From: an uncultured Planctomycetota bacterium | Lineage (GTDB): Bacteria > Planctomycetota > Planctomycetia > Isosphaerales > Isosphaeraceae | DNA length: 64,000 nt | Assembly: GCA_963823665.1 (NCBI GenBank) | Contig: CAWGMQ010000006.1 | Coordinates: 992,001-1,056,000 of the forward strand | Reading direction: 5' to 3' | Shown here: positions 59,869 to 64,000 of the stretch, piece by piece | Numbering within the stretch: the stretch's first letter is position 1 | Layout: each line of letters opens with the position of its first letter | Program-made: the position numbers and the translations under genes | The notes under the pieces: model-generated | What the model saw: the letters and a program-made list of their open reading frames with translations, nothing else | Told to the model about the DNA's origin: nothing | Database searches by the model: none

Positions 59869-59900
59869 AGCCTGTAACCTGGGCGAGGTGTTTCGCAGGA
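59869..59900 (+). promoter_or_regulatory. Putative autoregulatory ECF promoter (AGCCTGTAAC-N15-CGCAGGA)
   Basis: Ends 20 bp before GTG 59921; mirrored on the minus strand at 59701-59731. Confidence 0.65.
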
Positions 59901-59920
59901 AGAGTAGCAGCGGGTCGCTC

Positions 59921-60568
59921 GTGGCGCAGCCGTTCGAAGATGCCGAAACCGAGGAACTGCTACGATGCGCGAGCGCGAGCGGAGCCGGCGAAGTTGCGCT
60001 TGAGCAGTTGCTCACGCGCCATCGAGACCGCCTTCGGCGGATGGTGGCCGTTCGCCTCGACCGCCGCCTCGCACCCCTGGTCGACCCTTCGGACGTGGTC
60101 CAGGAAGCCCTGGCCGACGCCAGCCGCAAGCTCGATGACTTCATCCGTGACCGCCCCCTGCCGTTCTATCCGTGGCTTCGCCGGCTCACCAGCGAGCGCA
60201 TCATCCAGTGCCATCGCCGCCACCTGGGCACCCAGAAGCGCGACGTCTCTCGCACCGATCGGCTGGATCGCCCCTTGCCCGACGAATCCGCAGCGGTTCT
60301 GGCGGACCGGCTGGCTGCGAGCGGAACATCGCCCAGCCAGCGCGTGGTGCGCGACGAACAAGCCGTTCGACTCCGCGAGGTGCTCGACCGCCTGGGCCGG
60401 AACGACCGCGAGGTCCTCGTGATGTGTTACCTGGAGGAGCTTTCGTTCGCCGAGATCGCCGTCGCGCTCGGCATCACCGAGAATGCCGCCAAGGTCCGCC
60501 ATTTCCGGGCCATGGAGCGAATCAGGAAGCTGATCGAATCCCAGGACTCGGGCGAGCTCGAACGATGA
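59921..60568 (+). CDS. ECF sigma factor (kinase-associated type)
   Basis: 'RHRDRLRRMVAVRLDRRL...DPSDVVQE', 'PFYPWLR', 'ASGTSPSQ', 'EELSFAEIAVALGITENAAKVRHFRAMERIR'; ATGA overlap with the kinase. Confidence 0.92.
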   Translation: MAQPFEDAETEELLRCASASGAGEVALEQLLTRHRDRLRRMVAVRLDRRLAPLVDPSDVVQEALADASRKLDDFIRDRPLPFYPWLRRLTSERIIQCHRRHLGTQKRDVSRTDRLDRPLPDESAAVLADRLAASGTSPSQRVVRDEQAVRLREVLDRLGRNDREVLVMCYLEELSFAEIAVALGITENAAKVRHFRAMERIRKLIESQDSGELER

Positions 60569-63500
60569 GCAATGGCTTCGAGACCGGCCGCGTGGACGAG
60601 CCCGATAGCGAAGACGAAGCGCTCCTGGTCGAGTGGGCCGCTGATTTGGCCGTGCGCATCCGGCAGGGCCAGCCCGTCGACTGGACCGAGCTCGGTAAAC
60701 AACATCCAGAGCAGGCCGACGCGCTCCGTCGGATGCTCCCTGCTTTTTCCTTGATGGCCCGCATGGGCGGCTCGGCGCATCGTGATGCAGTCCGCCGTTT
60801 TCCGGCCACCGATCCGTTCGTCGAATTCGGCTGTCTAGGCGACTACGAGCTCGGCCAGGAAGTCGGGCGCGGCGGCATGGGTGTTGTCTACGAGGGCTAC
60901 CAGATCTCGCTCAAGCGCCGGGTTGCACTCAAGATCTTGCCGGCGGCAGGTGCCCTCGACGCACGCCAGCTCCAGAGGTTCCAGATCGAGGCCCAGGCCG
61001 CCGCCGCGCTCCATCATCCCAATATCGTCCCGGTCTTCGCTGTCGGCACCGAGCGCGGCGTCCCTTTTTATGCGATGCAGTTCATCGAAGGGCACACGCT
61101 GGCCCAGGTAATCCGCGAAATGCGGCATCTGGAGGGCTTGGACACCGCCAAACCAACGAAGGCGTCCGATCTGACACGCGCCATTTTATGCGAGCAGTTC
61201 TCCGCGGAGCCCGAGCCGCGCGACAACACAGGGACCCCTCGCGAGCCACCCGAGCTGCCGGCTTTCACGGCACCAGGGTGGCGACGAGATTCCGACAGCT
61301 CCTCGGCCGGCCGGCAGAGCTTCATCCGCACAATCGCTCGTTTTGGAATCCAGACTGCCGACGCGCTCGAGCACGCCCACGGCCGCGGTATCTTGCACCG
61401 CGACATCAAGCCCTCCAACCTGATGATCGATCGCTCGGGCCACCTCTGGGTGACCGACTTTGGCCTGGCTCGCGTTCCCGGCGAGAGCAGCCTGACCTTG
61501 ACCGGTGACGTGCTCGGCACGCTGCGCTACATGAGCCCGGAGCAAGCCCTGGGCAAACGCCGCATACTCGATGAATCGAGCGACGTTTATTCGCTCGGAG
61601 CCACGCTCTACGAGCTCTTGACCTTGCGTCCCGCGTTTGCCGGTGACGATCGCCAGGAGGTGTTGCGGCGCATCGCTCAGGAGGAGCCGCGCCCTCCGCG
61701 CAAGCTGAACCGGGCGATTCCCGCTGCCCTTGAGACGATTGTCTTGAAGGCGATGGCCCGCGAACCGTCCGGTCGCTACGCGACGGCCGCCGCGCTGGGC
61801 GATGATCTTGCACGGTTCCTCGACGGCCGCCCGATTCTCGGCCGGCCGGTGCCACTCTGGCAACGCTCATTTGCCTGGGCCCGCCGCCGTCCGGCCGTGG
61901 CGGCGTTACTCTCGCTCGTGATCCTGCTGGCGTGCGGCCTGGTCGGCGGCGTCGCCGCGTGGGCGAGCTGGCTCTCCGGGCACAACCGCGAGCTCGAGAT
62001 CCAGATCGCCCGCGCCGACGCAAAGGAGCGCGAGGCTGACCGGCAGCAAAAGGTCGCCCAGGATCGCCAGCTACACGCAGACCGGCACCGCTACGCCGCG
62101 AGCCTTCGTCGCGCCCGTGAGGCGCTCGACGCCCGCCAGATCGAGCTGGCCCAGGATATCCTTCACGAGATCGAGCCCGGCACCGCGGCTGGCGGTGCCG
62201 ACTTCGCCTGGGGTTACCTCTGGCGGTATGCCAATCGCGAGTTCACCCAGCTTTGGGGCCACGAAGCCAGAGTGGCTAATTCGTTGATTTCCGACGACGG
62301 AAGCACGCTGGTCACTCGCGACATCACTGGCAAGATCCTCATGTGGACGCTCCGGCCCGGCATGGAGCCCGACCGTCCGCGCGCCCTGATCGCCGCTTCC
62401 AGAAGTAGAGACGGTGAGCTCGTCCCGAGCCTCTCGCCCGATGGCCGATACCTGGCAGTTGCTCAACCGGGCTTGCCGGTCCTCCACGTCGACCTTTTTG
62501 AAACAGCCTCCGGCCAGCGCGTGACCCGATTCCAGAGCGAGGCGTCCGGAAAACTCATCGCGTGTGCGTTCGACCCGGAGAGCCGACGGATGTTGTTGTT
62601 CGCGTCGCGTCCGGACGGGACGCAGGTGATCAGGTCGTGGACGATCGCCGAGCCCCAGAGCCAAGCTCACGTCTGGACGATCGAGAAAGGCACGTACGTC
62701 ATCCACGATACGCCCGCGCTCGGTCGATCGATCGCGGCGTGGAATGGCAAAACATTCAGGCTGTTCGACCCGTGGACCGGTGCACTCAAAGGTGCCTTGG
62801 ACGGATCACCGATCGGTAGCACCGAGTCGGTGAATCTCTTCGCCTTTTCCGACGACGCGCGTGTGCTTGCTGCGCACACCAGTGCCAATCGGGTGCAGTG
62901 GTGGGAACCGGGCTCGGGGCGTGCCCTGGCCGGCTTGCCGTCCTCTGGCGGCGTGCGGATGATGTGTATCAGCCCCCGCGGGACTTTTCTCGCGGTGCTG
63001 GACGACCGCGCACATGTGACCGTATTCAATCCATCGCGCAAGGAAAAAACGACTCTGGATCGGGGAACCGGAGACTACTCGTTACGTGGTGGTTCGCTCG
63101 CCTTCGCTACAGACGAAACTCTGCTGGCGATCGTGATCGACCCGATCCCGGGCGGGATTCAGCCGGCTGAGGTCTGGGATCTTGGCTCGATGCGAAGGGT
63201 CAATGTCTTCCCCGGCCGGAACGATACTGACAGCGTGACGTTCATTCCCGGCAGTCGATCGCTGGTTGCCACCGGCGGAACCAAGCCGAGAATCTGGCGT
63301 CTGGACCCTCCTCAATTGCCAGACGCCTTGCGCGGCCATACCGACGAGGCGTGGTCCGCGGCCTTCTCCCCCGACAGCAAGGTGCTCGCCACCGGCAGTG
63401 ACGACACTGACGAGCGCGAAACGATCAAGCTCTGGGATCCCGCTTCCGGCAGCCTTCTGGCCGGCTGGGTAGCCCATACGGCCACCGTCGCCTCTCTGGC

Positions 63501-64000
63501 GTTCAGCCCCGATGGGCGCTTTCTCGCATCGTCGAGCCTCGATTCGGGAAAGCCCGAGAACCCCAATGTGCAGATATGGGAGGTTGCATCGCGATCGCTG
63601 CTGGCGACCCTCTTGGGCCATGAAGGCTCGGTTCGCTCGCTGGCGTTCAGCCCCGACGGCAAACTGCTGGCCACCGCATGCGATGATGGATCAGTTCGCC
63701 TCTGGAACATGGCCGATCGATCGATCCGCGCAGTGCTGAAGGGGCACGCCACGTACGCTATCTCCGTCGCCTTCAGCCCCGACTCCGCTCGACTGGCTTC
63801 AGGGTCGAACGATGCGACGGTGAAGGTGTGGAGCGTCTCGAGCGGCGAGCTGCTTTCCACCCTCCAGCACGGCGCGAATGCCAACGCCGTCGCATTTTCG
63901 CCCGACGGATCGCTGCTGGCGGCGGCAGGCGACGACGGCCAGATCAAGCTGTGGAATCACGAAACAAAAGAATTGACGTCAACGATCTTCTCCGCGGCCG
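60565..64000 (+). CDS. Ser/Thr protein kinase with TM segment and WD40 repeats (3' partial; absent from the ORF track because there is no stop in the window)
   Basis: Hand translation from ATG 60565: 'GDYELGQEVGRGGMGVVYEG', 'HHPNIVPVF', 'HRDIKPSN', 'DFGLAR', 'YMSPEQ', TM 'VAALLSLVILLACGLVGGVAAW', then 'GHTDEAWSAAFSPDSKVLATG' repeats. Confidence 0.93.
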   Translation, partial: MSNGFETGRVDEPDSEDEALLVEWAADLAVRIRQGQPVDWTELGKQHPEQADALRRMLPAFSLMARMGGSAHRDAVRRFPATDPFVEFGCLGDYELGQEVGRGGMGVVYEGYQISLKRRVALKILPAAGALDARQLQRFQIEAQAAAALHHPNIVPVFAVGTERGVPFYAMQFIEGHTLAQVIREMRHLEGLDTAKPTKASDLTRAILCEQFSAEPEPRDNTGTPREPPELPAFTAPGWRRDSDSSSAGRQSFIRTIARFGIQTADALEHAHGRGILHRDIKPSNLMIDRSGHLWVTDFGLARVPGESSLTLTGDVLGTLRYMSPEQALGKRRILDESSDVYSLGATLYELLTLRPAFAGDDRQEVLRRIAQEEPRPPRKLNRAIPAALETIVLKAMAREPSGRYATAAALGDDLARFLDGRPILGRPVPLWQRSFAWARRRPAVAALLSLVILLACGLVGGVAAWASWLSGHNRELEIQIARADAKEREADRQQKVAQDRQLHADRHRYAASLRRAREALDARQIELAQDILHEIEPGTAAGGADFAWGYLWRYANREFTQLWGHEARVANSLISDDGSTLVTRDITGKILMWTLRPGMEPDRPRALIAASRSRDGELVPSLSPDGRYLAVAQPGLPVLHVDLFETASGQRVTRFQSEASGKLIACAFDPESRRMLLFASRPDGTQVIRSWTIAEPQSQAHVWTIEKGTYVIHDTPALGRSIAAWNGKTFRLFDPWTGALKGALDGSPIGSTESVNLFAFSDDARVLAAHTSANRVQWWEPGSGRALAGLPSSGGVRMMCISPRGTFLAVLDDRAHVTVFNPSRKEKTTLDRGTGDYSLRGGSLAFATDETLLAIVIDPIPGGIQPAEVWDLGSMRRVNVFPGRNDTDSVTFIPGSRSLVATGGTKPRIWRLDPPQLPDALRGHTDEAWSAAFSPDSKVLATGSDDTDERETIKLWDPASGSLLAGWVAHTATVASLAFSPDGRFLASSSLDSGKPENPNVQIWEVASRSLLATLLGHEGSVRSLAFSPDGKLLATACDDGSVRLWNMADRSIRAVLKGHATYAISVAFSPDSARLASGSNDATVKVWSVSSGELLSTLQHGANANAVAFSPDGSLLAAAGDDGQIKLWNHETKELTSTIFSAA

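Noticed and set aside
1..64000. tRNA, rRNA, intact transposase, integrase or phage genes
   Set aside because: None recognised by eye; a covariance-model scan would be needed to exclude small RNAs.

Overview
High-GC window that looks like a Planctomycete, probably Isosphaeraceae-like (inferred from a LESLEARTLL-type N-terminus, DUF1559 pilin-like protein, DUF1571, ECF-kinase pairs and PEP-CTERM). About 14 single- or dinucleotide frameshifts, mostly in G/C runs or CG repeats, break genes across the window. They are most likely long-read consensus errors, so split ORFs were rejoined by hand. Layout: (1) 1-15.5 kb: end of a Gly-rich secreted protein, a RelE/Phd-type toxin-antitoxin pair, DUF427, TlpA, two metallo-hydrolases, DUF1571, rimI-like, a PQQ-propeller protein, purH, a YXWGXW/Gly-rich secreted protein and an alpha/beta-hydrolase lipoprotein, with REP-like palindromes. 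(2) 15.7-23.7 kb: ECF sigma, zinc-finger Ser/Thr kinase-WD40, a pilin-like DUF1559 protein with a 296-aa leader containing its own exported domain, and a trypsin/PDZ protease. (3) 23.8-25.4 kb: gene fragments, including a diverged copy of cassette 2 collapsed by a 4.56 kb deletion at an 8-bp microhomology. (4) 25.5-64 kb: a ~33 kb gene (~11,000 codons) for a modular surface protein, followed by a PEP-CTERM gene and divergent from a second ECF/kinase-WD40 pair. Both sides of that divergent region carry the motif AGCCTGTAAC-N14/15-CGCAGGA, suggesting a kinase-activated ECF controls the giant protein. All family assignments are from motif recognition, not database searches.
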